DNA from: an uncultured Planctomycetaceae bacterium
GTDB taxonomy: Bacteria; Planctomycetota; Planctomycetia; Planctomycetales; Planctomycetaceae
DNA: 64,000 nt
Assembly: GCA_963815195.1 (NCBI GenBank)
Contig: CAWFGE010000018.1
Span: 64,001-128,000 of the forward strand
Direction of reading: 5' to 3'
Shown: positions 32,125 through 43,100 of the stretch, piece after piece
Position numbering within the stretch: position 1 is the first letter of the stretch
Layout of the letters: each line of letters starts with the position of its first letter
Program-made: the position numbers and the translations under genes
The notes under the pieces: model-generated
Told to the model about the DNA's origin: nothing
Seen by the model: the letters and a program-made list of their open reading frames with translations, nothing else
Database searches by the model: none

Positions 32125-34251
32125 ATGAGCATCGTCGTTCCTGAATCCAAGCTCCCCCAAGAACTCACGACCGATCAGGCGGTGGAGGCGGCTTATGCTT
32201 GCGAGCTCGCGGATGTGACGGGCGACCTTGTGCGGGGGCTCCCCGTGTTGGTGGAATGCGACAAGGATTTGGTGCCTTGGCTGTTTATCAATGTCCGCGG
32301 GCGGCTCAAGCAGCATGAGCTTCGCAGCTTGTTTCTGGACGGCCGGCCGGGGCCGGACGATCAGGGCGGCGGCATGGGGCCGCCGACGTTTGTCGGGGTG
32401 ATGCTCTCCCAACTGCGGGCGGCGGTCCGCGGGGCGGTGGAGAAGCGCGTGGTCGTGTTGCCGCATTTGGATTTGCTCACCACCAGCCAGGGCGGACTCA
32501 CCGCGGAGGCCCGCGAAGTCATTCCGCTGCTTTATGAAAACCCGGAACTGGTTTGGCTGGGGTTTAAGGATCCCTCCTTCCCGCTGCCCCGCGTCATCGA
32601 AAACCTGTTCCCCCGGCGGTATAGCCTGTTGGGGATCGCCCGGGATCGGCTGTCCCATCTCGTCACGCAAAAGGAAGCCCGCAAGTTCGGGCGGGATTTT
32701 AATCCCTGGGCTTTGTACAAGCACGTCTCCGGCATGAATGCCGCCCGACTGCGAAAACTGCTCTCCACCTTGGAGGGCGAAGACTATCCCGCCAACCCCC
32801 GCCGGGCCGTCGCCCAAATTCGCCAGGCCACCTTGGGCGGGCAGTTGGAGGTGCCCAACGTCGATCTGGAAACCGACATCGGCGGCTATCCGAAAGTCAA
32901 ACAACGCCTGCGGGCCGAGATTCTCGATGTGCTCGCCGCCAAGGACCAGGCCAGCGATCCCGCCGAGATCACCCGCATGGAAAAACTCATTCCCCGCGGC
33001 ATGATCTTTTGGGGACCGCCGGGCACGGGGAAAACGCTGTTCGCCAAAGGCATGGCGACCGCGCTCGGGGCGGCCATCACGATTGTTTCGGGACCGGAAC
33101 TCAAAAGCCGCTGGGTCGGCGAGAGCGAAGAAAACCTGCGGCTGATTTTCCACCGCGCCCGGCAGTCGGCTCCTGCGATCATCGTGTTCGACGAATTGGA
33201 TTCCTTCGCCTCCGCCCGCGGGACCTACACTGGTTCCGGCGTCGAGCATTCGATGGTCAACCAGATGCTCACCGAGATGGACGGCTTTCATTCGGACGAG
33301 TTGGTGTTTGTCGTGGGCACGACGAACTTTGTGGAAAGCCTCGATCCGGCGCTGTTACGGCCGGGGCGGTTTGAGTTTCATCTGCACATCCCCTATCCCG
33401 ACCGTGACGACCGCCGGGAGATTTTGAAGATTTACGATGCCGCGATGGACCTGGGCATGGACGAGGAGACGCTGGAATACGCCGTCAAACGCAGCGGCGA
33501 ATATGTCGAAGGGGCGGTGTTGGGCACGCGGTTCAGCGGCGACCACATCAATGCTCTCTGCCGGGCTTTGGCGCGGATTCGGCTCCGCGAAAAAATCGAG
33601 CGCCCCACCACGTCCGAGGACATCGAACGCGCTCTGACCGAGTGGATCGACCGCCCGAAGATGACGCCCAAGGAGCAGCACGTCGTCGCCACGCACGAAG
33701 CCGGGCATGCGGTGTGCGCGCTGTTCTGCGAGCACGCCACGCCGATCGAGCGGATTTCCATCCAAGGCGACGCGGCCGGGGCTTTGGGGTTTGTGCAATA
33801 TCAGGACCCGGCCCATAAATACGTCGTCACCCGCGGGCAGTTGCTCGATGATTTGTGCATCCTGATGGGCGGCCGCGAAGCCGAGCAATTGTTGCTCGAT
33901 GATCTTTCGATCGGTTCCGCCGATGATCTCCGCCGGGCCACGAACATTGCCCGGGCCTTGGTGGAAGAGTTCGGCATGGGCGGCGATGCGGTGGGTGTCT
34001 GCCGCTACGAAGCCGACGACGACCGCCAACCGGGACGCTTTCGCCAACTCTCGCCCGCGCAATTGGAACATCTCGACCGCCGGGTGCGGGAACTTTTAGA
34101 AGAAGCCCGCAACCGAGCCGCGGCCATTCTCGCGGAGAACCAAACCCTCGTGGAAACGCTGCGGGATCTGCTCATCGACCGCAAAGTCATCGACGCAAAG
34201 TCCCTCAGCAGCCTCACGGGCAAACCGGTCGGGCAAGAGAGTTCACAATGA
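32125..34251 (+). CDS. Soluble FtsH-like AAA+ ATPase with C-terminal M41 peptidase domain
   Basis: GPPGTGKT, pore loop WVG, IIVFDELD, DPALLRPGRF, HEAGH, GGR.AE, DL.RAT; no TM helices. Confidence 0.88.
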   Translation: MSIVVPESKLPQELTTDQAVEAAYACELADVTGDLVRGLPVLVECDKDLVPWLFINVRGRLKQHELRSLFLDGRPGPDDQGGGMGPPTFVGVMLSQLRAAVRGAVEKRVVVLPHLDLLTTSQGGLTAEAREVIPLLYENPELVWLGFKDPSFPLPRVIENLFPRRYSLLGIARDRLSHLVTQKEARKFGRDFNPWALYKHVSGMNAARLRKLLSTLEGEDYPANPRRAVAQIRQATLGGQLEVPNVDLETDIGGYPKVKQRLRAEILDVLAAKDQASDPAEITRMEKLIPRGMIFWGPPGTGKTLFAKGMATALGAAITIVSGPELKSRWVGESEENLRLIFHRARQSAPAIIVFDELDSFASARGTYTGSGVEHSMVNQMLTEMDGFHSDELVFVVGTTNFVESLDPALLRPGRFEFHLHIPYPDRDDRREILKIYDAAMDLGMDEETLEYAVKRSGEYVEGAVLGTRFSGDHINALCRALARIRLREKIERPTTSEDIERALTEWIDRPKMTPKEQHVVATHEAGHAVCALFCEHATPIERISIQGDAAGALGFVQYQDPAHKYVVTRGQLLDDLCILMGGREAEQLLLDDLSIGSADDLRRATNIARALVEEFGMGGDAVGVCRYEADDDRQPGRFRQLSPAQLEHLDRRVRELLEEARNRAAAILAENQTLVETLRDLLIDRKVIDAKSLSSLTGKPVGQESSQ

Positions 34252-34256
34252 AAGGA

Positions 34257-34844
34257 TAAACCACGAAGACACGAAGGAGACATTGACCGCTGTCTCGCAA
34301 ATCCCGCCGCTTGTTGTCGGCGTCTGTCTCTATGTCTTGTTTTCTGGGAGAGTCTGGTGGCAACATTCAAACGGCTCGATCCGAAGACGGAAGAGATCGC
34401 ATCGGCGATTGTGGATTCCGTCTATCGCGTGCATTCGACGTTAGGGCCCGGATTGCTCGAAAAATTGTATGAGGTATGTTTGTGCCATGAATTAAATCAA
34501 CAAGGCTATCAAGTTGAACGCCAACTTCCCGTGGCGATTGAATACGGCCAACTGCACTTTGACGAGGGATTTCGGATTGATCTTTTGGTCGAAGGTTGCA
34601 TCCTTTGCGAATTGAAGGCGGTCATGGAAATGCATCCTGTATTCCAGGCGCAATTAATGACGTACCTGAAGTTAACCCGGAACCGGCTGGGTTTCTTGAT
34701 CAATTTCAACGTCCCATTGATCAAGGACGGAATAAAACGAATCATTATGTAATAGACCAGCCTCGTAAAAAATCGCCAAATCCCAGGGGCACGCGGATGA
34801 GTTTTTAGCGAGCTTCTCGCCGTTCTTCGTGTCTTCGTGGTTTA
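34257..34844. mobile_element. Inverted-repeat-bounded GxxExxY cassette (putative mobile unit)
   Basis: Perfect 20-bp IR TAAACCACGAAGACACGAAG at 34257-34276 and 34825-34844; lower GC inside. Confidence 0.65.
34357..34752 (+). CDS. GxxExxY protein (PD-(D/E)xK nuclease-like)
   Basis: LGPGLLEKLYE, RIDLLVE..ELKAV, AQLMTYLK, GFLINF. Confidence 0.92.
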   Translation: MATFKRLDPKTEEIASAIVDSVYRVHSTLGPGLLEKLYEVCLCHELNQQGYQVERQLPVAIEYGQLHFDEGFRIDLLVEGCILCELKAVMEMHPVFQAQLMTYLKLTRNRLGFLINFNVPLIKDGIKRIIM

Positions 34845-34867
34845 AAACCTGTCAAGGAGAACTCAGC

Positions 34868-35155
34868 ATGGCTGAGATGACGATTAGTTTGCGGATCGAT
34901 CCGGTGACGAACAAGAAAGACATCGTGGTGACGCTGCGGTCCGATGAGGATGCGCTGCCTCACGAGCACGAACAGCTGCACCGCCAATTGGTGGACCGAT
35001 TGATCGAAGGCGGACTCTTGCAAGCAGGCGAGGCCGGGAATCTGGTGATCGAGCGCGAGGAAGAATCCGCCGTCCCGGAAACGCGGGCACCGGCCGAAGG
35101 CTGGTCTGGTTCGCCCGGCGAATCGGAGCGACGCTCCGCCGCGGAAGGCCAATAA
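34868..35155 (+). CDS. Small hypothetical protein of the FtsH/MoxR locus
   Basis: AAGGAG RBS; MAEMTISLRIDP..KKDIVV..SDEDALPHEHEQLH. Confidence 0.75.
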   Translation: MAEMTISLRIDPVTNKKDIVVTLRSDEDALPHEHEQLHRQLVDRLIEGGLLQAGEAGNLVIEREEESAVPETRAPAEGWSGSPGESERRSAAEGQ

Positions 35156-35188
35156 AAAGTTCCCCAACCCACTTCACGCCTCGCCTCC

Positions 35189-38100
35189 ATGATTCTGCTG
35201 TTTCCCGATAAGTCGACGTTGAAACTCGCGCTCACGTCCGGGCTCTTGCCGGCGGCGGTGGCGTCCGCGCCCAGCGAATTTGCCACGCACGAAGACGGGC
35301 GGGTGTGGGTGAAGTCGGAATGCGAATTGGAGCAGAGCCTGCGGGAATCGCTCCAACCTCTGGGCGTCAAGTTTCGCAAAACCACGCGGGGGGCGACGTC
35401 GCCATTGCAATCGGCGCGCTGTTGGCCGCAGATGCTGCCTTTGGAAAAAACAGCGGGCGCCAACGGTCTGGGCGAACGCACGCCGGTGCTGTTTGACTTG
35501 CCGGAATCCGCGAGGCTGGCCGACGTCGTTTCCGAAATGCTCCGCCTGGGGAACGACCGCCAAAGCTTTCGGCAGCAAGAAACGCCCGACGGCGTGCGGA
35601 CGCTGCTCCAAGTCAAAGGGCCGCCTTATTACACCTTGTTGCGGGCGATCGATCACATCGATGGCCAGGCGGCGCCGCGGGCGTATGTCGAGCAGCAGCC
35701 CCGCGTGTGGGTGGAAGTGGGTTATTCGCATCCGCTCGCCGAGCAAATCCAGCCGGCCCCCGGCACGTTTTTGCTTCTCAGTTCCCCGCGGGAATGGACC
35801 CTTATCGAAGATGGCAAATTCCACGACATCTACGAAGCCCTGCGGTTTACCGTTCAGGGCGAACCGATTCGCTGGGAAGCGGGGGAACTCAAGGAGAAGC
35901 TCAAAGTCCGCCTGCGTCTCGTTCGCGGCGGCAGCGATGCCCCGGCCGAGCTTTGGGTGCTCAATGAAGCCGGCGTCTCGCAGTTGGAAGAGTTGGTTTA
36001 CGGCTCGGACGATCGGCTGATTTCGCGGCTGGCGTTTGCGGTGGGAACTTCTGAAGATTCCGAAAACAGCCGGACGGTGGTGGTCAAAGTCCGGCCGGGC
36101 AAAGAGGCTCCGCCGGTGTTGGTGTTGGACGGCGTGGCCTGCCGGAGTTATTTGCGGATCCCCAACCTGTTTGTGCCTGTGGGCTATCGCCTGCATCCGC
36201 CGCTCCGCCGGGATGCGGTGAAGCAGCTCCTGGCGGCCGATCCCAACCTCGACACCTGGCTCGTTCCAGAAGCGGGCGGTCAGTTCGTTCCCCAAAGCCT
36301 GCCCGACAGCGCGTTTCGTCCGTTGTCGGACTGGGTGGATTACGTGCTGGAGTCCGAGCAGGAACCGCTCGCGGCTTGGATGGGTTCGATGCAGTTCGAT
36401 TTCGAGTCCTTCATCTGTCCCGATGAAGGCCCCGACCGCAGCCCGCGCGCGAAGATGGAACGCCCCGAAAAAGAAATCAAAGAGCGGAAACCATCGCAGC
36501 CCAAAACTCCCCAAGCCCCGCGAACCAAACACGCGGCGGACAAGAAGCCGGAGGCTTCGGCTCCACGTGCGAACAAGCGCTCGCCGCGCTCGGCAAAAGG
36601 GGACGCCGTTCCGGTAAGTGAACTCCAGTTGAAGCTCCAAGGGCTGGAACACCGGTTTCGCGAGTTGTCCCTGCCGGCGGATGATCCGGAACGGCTCGCT
36701 TTGTGGCGGGAGTTGGCGGAAACGCACATGGCGCTCGGCGGGCAGCAAAAAGCCGAGGGCGGCGTGTGCTACGTCCACGGGCTTTGGGAACAGCCCGACA
36801 TCCCGCCGGATTGGGTGGAGGACTGGTTCGCCGCCGAGGTCGACGGGCGGAACATCGAGCCGATGGCGGGCGAGGAATTCTCGTCGGCAGTCGAAGCCGA
36901 GAAACCCACGCCCCAGCAGCTCAATCAGATCACGGTGCACCTCATTGCCGCCGCCTTTGGGGAGCACGTTTCGCCGGACCCGGCCCTGATCCAAAAACAT
37001 CTCGGCCGGGTGCAGAAGCTGCTCAAGATGTATGACGCGTTTCTGCCCATCCGCACCGTCTGGCTCGCGTGGCTCGCGTGCGTGAAACTGGCCCACAACG
37101 ATGTGCTGCTTCTGGCCCGCGTCCGCGATCGGCTGTTGGAACGGCTCTATCAATACGGCCTGAGTGCGGAACTCGATCTGCCGGGCTTCCTGCGGTCGTC
37201 GGGCCGGCGGACCGGCGAACGCTACCGCAAAATTCAGGAAGACCTCCTCGCCCTCCGCCCGCGGGTGCAGGCTTGGATCAAGCGGGAACTCGAATCGACG
37301 AGCAGCACCGGCCGGGGACAAACCGCCGCTTATGCCGACTTGATCCTGGCCTATGGATATTCCCGCGTCGGCCTGGCGGAAGAATGCGGGCGGCTGTTGG
37401 AAGAGACGCAGGAACGGCTGTCGCGGCCGAACGTCAAGCACCCGGTGCACGATTGGCTGCGGGAGGCGTTTCGCTACCGCATCACGCAGTCGCTCCAGGG
37501 CAAAAGCCGGGCCGGGGCCTTGCCCGATGAGTTGATGAAGGTGCTCATCGAAAAGCAGATCGAGCCCGGGCTTGTGTTTATTATCGATTCCCTCCGCGGC
37601 AAATCGCGGGTCCTGCAACCTTATGAGCAAATCGGCGGGCACACGCGGTTCCTCGCCAGCCTGAACGACAGCAACAAAAGCCTGGCGTCCGAAGTCGAGC
37701 ACCTCTCGGACATCGACAACCGCGTGGAACTTGCCGAGCGGATTCGCGATCTGCTCGAGCAACATGGCGGAGACCAACCCCTCGCGGAACCGAAATCGAA
37801 CGTGCCCCTGTCCCGCGGATTGGCATCCACCGATTCGGAAAACCATCAGGTGCTGCTCACGGCGGTGCTGCCGTTTGCCCCAAGGCTCGGCGAAAACCAC
37901 GCGAACGAGCTCTTAAACGAAGTCGCGGGCACGCTCGAGCGATTGTCCGATCCCCGCCGGCAAGCGATCCTCCTCGATAAGAGCCTGTTTGTCGCGGCCC
38001 ACTTCGGGCATTCCGTCCATGTCCGGCAGCTCGTGGAACAACTCGACGCGTTGTTTGAATCCGCCAGCGCGCCGAGACGGCCCGCGTGTTCGGGGAACTC

Positions 38101-38727
38101 TTGGGCCAATCCTTTCGCGGGCTTCGCAAACTCGGCATGCGGGGCGAGATCTCTAAACTCCTCGAGCACATCGACCGGCTCCTCGCGGCGGGGCGGTTTG
38201 AACCCGCTCAACAAGAATCGAGCGCCGGCAAAAAGCCCAAATCAATCCGGCCCTCCAAAGAACGCGAGAACGCCTCGCTCGCCAGTCGCGCGGCATCGAT
38301 GATGCTCCGCATGAACCTGGCCGCGGGCTGGTTTTTCTTTGGGAACTCCGAACGGGCGAACGCGATCGTCGAGGAGGTGGCGAAGTTTCTTTACGAAGAA
38401 CACAGCCTGCCGCCGCACCTCCGCCGGCTGCTCGCGCGGCAATATGCCTCCGTGCTCGAGCACGCTCCGATCGACGTGGCGATTCCCCGGCTCAATGAGG
38501 TTTTCGAAAAGCTCGCGAGCATCACCAAAGGCATCGGGGCGGGCATTCAAGATCAATACTATGCCCAAGAGCCGTTGGAAGTTGTGGAATCCGCGGTACT
38601 TGCGTTGGTGAGCGATGAGTTTACACTGGATCCTAAAGCTCGAAAGCTGATGGATGAATATGAATTCTCCATCCGCCGCAGAATCCACCACGACATGGAA
38701 CACGCCCGCCACGAAGCCGGTCTATAG
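35189..38727 (+). CDS. Large (~1180 aa) unknown protein with helical C-terminal half, frameshift near 38075
   Basis: ORF 35189-38302 degrades after ~38075, where ORF 38086-38727 takes over with protein-like sequence. Confidence 0.75.
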
Positions 38728-38827
38728 GCAAATTTAGGAAACACTCATCGACGCGAATCAAGCTGAGTTTTAGTGCGGCACGTGAAAAATTGCTGCCGCC
38801 GCTTCGCGGCTATTACCGTCTTAATAA

Positions 38828-39892
38828 ATGAGAATAGCAGTCGAGAACTTTATGAATACAACAACCCTATCACCATCCGCCTCTCGCTTGCTGGAAGACT
38901 GGTCCTTTGAGGACCTGAAGGACGAAGCGGACGAGATTCGCCAGCGATTGAACCGGTTTCGCACCTCCGTCAGCCGGTTTTTCGTCAAGAAGCAAGAGCT
39001 GGTCGATTTGATGCTCATCGCGGCGGTCGCCCAGGAACCGCTGCTACTGGTCGGACCGCCCGGAACGGCCAAGTCGGATTTGATCCTCAAGTTCAAAGAT
39101 GCTTTAGGCGTTCCGGACGAAGACTATTTCGAGTATATGCTCACGCGGTTTACCGAACCGTCGGAAGTCGTGGGGCCGATCGACATCAACCAGCTCCGCG
39201 AAGGCCGCTATATCCGCCGGGAGCAGGGGAAACTACCGACGGCGCGGGTCGCGTTTCTGGATGAGATCTTCAAATCGAACTCCGCGATCTTAAACATCCT
39301 GCTGACGATCATCAACGAGAAGAAGTTCTATCAAGACGGCCGGCCGCAGCCCGTGCGGCTGAGGATCTTGTTCGCTGCGACGAATGAAGTTCCCGAGCAC
39401 GGCGAACTCGCCGCGCTCAAGGACCGGTTTGTGTTGAAGGCCGAGAGTCTGTCGGTCGCCGACGATTATTTCTCCGAACTCATCGACAGGGGCCTCGAGG
39501 CGGAGGTCTATCGCAACTTGAACCAGAAGCCTTGGATGGAAGGCCACGCCTCGCTCGATGATGTGCTCAAGGCCGGGCGATATATGACCTATCTGTTCGG
39601 GCAAAAGCAGAACGTCGGCTCTCATAACGAGCAAACCGACCGCAAGCTATTTTTTCCCGATGAGATTTTCCGCGAATTTCAAAGGCTGGTGAAGACGCTG
39701 GTCCGCGAGCATCGCATTTTTGTGAGCGACCGCAAGCTGGTGAAGCTGTATAAGCTCATGCGGATCCGGGCCTGGCTGTTCTCCGGCGGCACGGTCACCC
39801 GCGACGACTTGAAGCTCCTCACCTATCTCGGCGAAACGCACCAGGAGATGGCGCTGTTAAGAGAGCAGGTTCCGATCCTGCTCGGGGAATAA
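38828..39892 (+). CDS. MoxR/RavA-type AAA+ ATPase
   Basis: LLVGPPGTAKS, YMLTRFTEPSEV.GP, AFLDEIFK, ILN.LLT..NE, AATNE, ALKDRF, SDR. Confidence 0.88.
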   Translation: MRIAVENFMNTTTLSPSASRLLEDWSFEDLKDEADEIRQRLNRFRTSVSRFFVKKQELVDLMLIAAVAQEPLLLVGPPGTAKSDLILKFKDALGVPDEDYFEYMLTRFTEPSEVVGPIDINQLREGRYIRREQGKLPTARVAFLDEIFKSNSAILNILLTIINEKKFYQDGRPQPVRLRILFAATNEVPEHGELAALKDRFVLKAESLSVADDYFSELIDRGLEAEVYRNLNQKPWMEGHASLDDVLKAGRYMTYLFGQKQNVGSHNEQTDRKLFFPDEIFREFQRLVKTLVREHRIFVSDRKLVKLYKLMRIRAWLFSGGTVTRDDLKLLTYLGETHQEMALLREQVPILLGE

Positions 39893-39922
39893 GGACCATT
39901 CGAGAAATAACTGTCCAATTCT

Positions 39923-39981
39923 CAGCCGGAACGCGCTCGTGTCCGGTTCTTCCCATGAACCGGGGCGGACCACCCTGCGGG
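39923..39981 (-). repeat. REP family A copy
   Basis: Reverse complement CGCAGGG..GCCCCGGTTC..AACCGGAC.CGAGCGCGTTCCGGCTG, same family as 48504-48567 and the split copy at 21480/23563. Confidence 0.7.
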
Positions 39982-40146
39982 CGGTGCCCCCCGGCGGCTA
40001 ATAAATCGGACAATTTTTGATCGAGCGATCCTAAACTGGCCGCTTCGCGGCTAACGAATTTCCACCGACGCCGCGCGTAAGAAAGCCGGGCCGCATTGGG
40101 AAGGTTCCCAGCGCGGCCCGGCGCGATTCTGAGGAGGCAGGATGTG

Positions 40147-43100
40147 CTAGAGCGGCGAGGCGCCGATGAGGTCTTCCTCTTCCTCTTGGATGATGATCCG
40201 GGGGGTGACCATCAGCATCAGGCTTTCCGTTTCCCGGCCCACGCCGGTGTTCTTGAACAGCCGGCTGATGTAGGGGATTTTGTTGAGGATCGGGACGCCG
40301 GCCATGTTTCGGCCTTCGCGGAGTCGTTTGATGCCGCCCAGGAGGACGGTTCCGCCGTCGGGGACGCTGACGGTGGTGGTGACGTTGACGACTTCGAAGA
40401 CAGGCTGCTGAATGGTGGTGGTTCCGACCGCTCCGCCGCCACCGCCGCGATTCCCGCCGCCGCCTTGACCGCCGCCGCCTTGACCACCGCCGAAGCCGCC
40501 GCCGCCTTGACCGCCGCCGAAGCCGCCGCCGCCTTGACCGCCGCCGAAGCCGCCGCCGCCGAATTGCGAGGGGAGTCCGAGGGAGAGGGCATTGGCCGCG
40601 GGCGGACCGCCGCCGATGCCTCCGAAGCCGAAGTTTCCGCCGCCGCCGCCGAAGCCGCCGCCGCCTTGACCGCCGCCGAAGCCGCCGCCGCCTTGACCGC
40701 CGAAGCCGCCGCCGCCGCCGCCGCCGATGCCGCTGGCGTTACCGCCGAAGCCGGCCCCGCCGCCGCCGAAGCCGCCGCTGACGCCGTTGTTCGCGGCCCC
40801 GTTGGCCCCGCCGGCTCCGCCGCCGCCGCCTTGGAACGAGAAGGTAAATACGTCGGTGATGTTGGTGAAGTTGGGGATCACGGTCAGTCGGACGAACCGC
40901 CGGTCGGCCGAGATGACGGCGAGGACCTGCAGGGTGACGCCTTCCGAGAGCGTGGTGATCTGGGGCGTGAAGCCGACGGAGAAGAAGCCCACCGTCGGAA
41001 TCAAACTGGTGACGAACGGCCGCTGCGTGGTGCTTTGCACCGTGGCCGTCTGCCCGTTAAACAGCGTGACCTTGGGAGCGAACATGATGTTGGTCCGCTC
41101 GTCGGCCTGGGCCGCCTGGATGAAGAAGAAGGCTTCGATGTCCGACAGGATGGCCATCCCCACCTGGACGCCCGCGTTGGGGTTGAAGTTGCCGAAGTCG
41201 GGTACGCCCAGGTCGAACGAACCCTGTTGGAACTGCACGTCCAGGCTGGGAGTGAACTGACCGGGAGGCGCTCAGACCGACGATGGTGCCGTTCTTGGGC
41301 CAGTTGTCCAAGGCGGGCAGGTTGAGGAGTCCGGGCGGACGCAAGAACTGTGGGCCGGATCCCGCGGCCCCGCCCGCTCCGCCACCCCCGCCGATCCCGC
41401 CGACGTTCCCACCGGCCCCGCCGATGCCGCCGCCGCCGATGCCGCCGAAGCCGACGTTGCCTCCGGCGTTCCCGCCGACGTTCCCGCCGACGTTGCCGCC
41501 GACGTTCCCGCCGACGTTGCCTCCGGCGTTGCCCTGGTTTCCGAAGCCGCCCGAGATATTGCCTTGAAGGGGGGCACCGAAGGCGGGCGGAGTCTGGCCG
41601 AGCGTGTCGCCTTCCACGTTGTCTTGCACGTTGAAGTCGAAGTCGATCCCGATTCGTTCGAAGAACCGGTCGGTCACCGTGATGAACCGCACTTCAATCG
41701 TCACCTGCAAATCCTGCAGCCGGCGAAGCTGCTCGAGCAGGTCGCGGATTTCTTCGTGGACTTTCTGCGTTTGGCGAATCACGAGGCTCAGGGTGGTGTC
41801 AAAGGACCGCACCGATCCGCTGCCGCCGGCCTCGGCCCAGGTGTCCGGCTCGATCGTGCTCACGATCAGATCCGAGAGCGTATCGAAATCCACCGAGGAG
41901 CCGCCGCCGCGGAGGCTGGCTTCGAGACCGGGGGCCGCCCAGGGATTGTCGAGATTCCCCGCCCCGCCGAAGTTGTCTTGAACCTGAAACTGGGCGGCGG
42001 CCACCGGCTGCAAGCTGCCGCCGGCGGGGATGCTGAAGTTCGCCGGACCTTGCCAGGCGTTGTTCGCCGGGCCGCTGCTCGTCAGGCCGGTCCCGCCGCT
42101 GGGCTTGAAGTTGGGGATCGGCGTGACCAGGTCGGCGACCGAATAGGTCCGCACTTCCAACTTGCCCTGTTGCCGGATTTCGCTGGTGATTTTCAGCACT
42201 TCGTCTTGAATCATGTAGGACAACCGCAACGGTTCCAGAATCAAATGCAAAGCGCTCGAAAGCTTGATGCCCTCCACGTTGATCGTGATCGGCTGGTCCG
42301 GCATGATGCCTTCATCGCTGAGGCCCAGGTTGTCGACCACCACGTTAATGCCCGCCGTCGTCGCCACGTGCTGCACGACTTCGTTCAACGGCGCTTCGGA
42401 GAAGTGCAGCGAGATCGGCCGTTCCAGGCTCTTTTCGATCCTCTGCTCTTCCTCGGTCTTGGCCCGGTTGTCCGTCCCGTAGCGGCTGCGGCGAGTTTTG
42501 ATTTCCGACCAATTCTTGGGAAACTTAATGGGGCTGTCGTCGCCCACATCCACCACGACGGCCTGTTCCACATCATCCAACTGCTTCCAAAAGCTCTCTT
42601 CCTTGCGATCCTGGAGATTGTTGTTGCTGGCGTCCCGGCGGGCAAAGCGGGCCTTCCAGAACATCGTCACCGTCACCGGGTTTTCGGGATCGAGTTCCCG
42701 GGCTTTCTTGGCGACGACTTCCGCTTCCGCGTACCGGCGTTGTTTGAAGAGCTTGTTGTACTCGTCGACCATTTCCGCCAGTTCCTGCTCGATGCGGACT
42801 TCGATCTCGCGCCCGCGGCGAATGTCGTCGAGGACCTGCTTGTTTCGCTCTTCCAACTCGAGGATCGGAGCCCGCTGCTTCTGCCAGGCTTCAATTTCCC
42901 CGCGGGACAGCTTGAGCTGGTTCAAAAGCGGCGCGAGTTGCTTTTCGGTCAGATCGGAATCGCCGATATTCGCAATCGTGCGGTCGATGAGTTCGAGCGC
43001 CTCGGTCGGTTTTTTCTCCCGCAGCCGGTCGGCTTGGAAGATCGCGTTGAAGGTTTCCGAGCGAAGCTTTTCGTACTTCACGGCTTGCTGTTTTTCCACG

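Noticed and set aside
40440..40830. Possible CRISPR array or non-coding repeat locus
   Set aside because: The units are contiguous, lack unique spacers and encode the Gly-rich part of the secretin. No cas genes are present.
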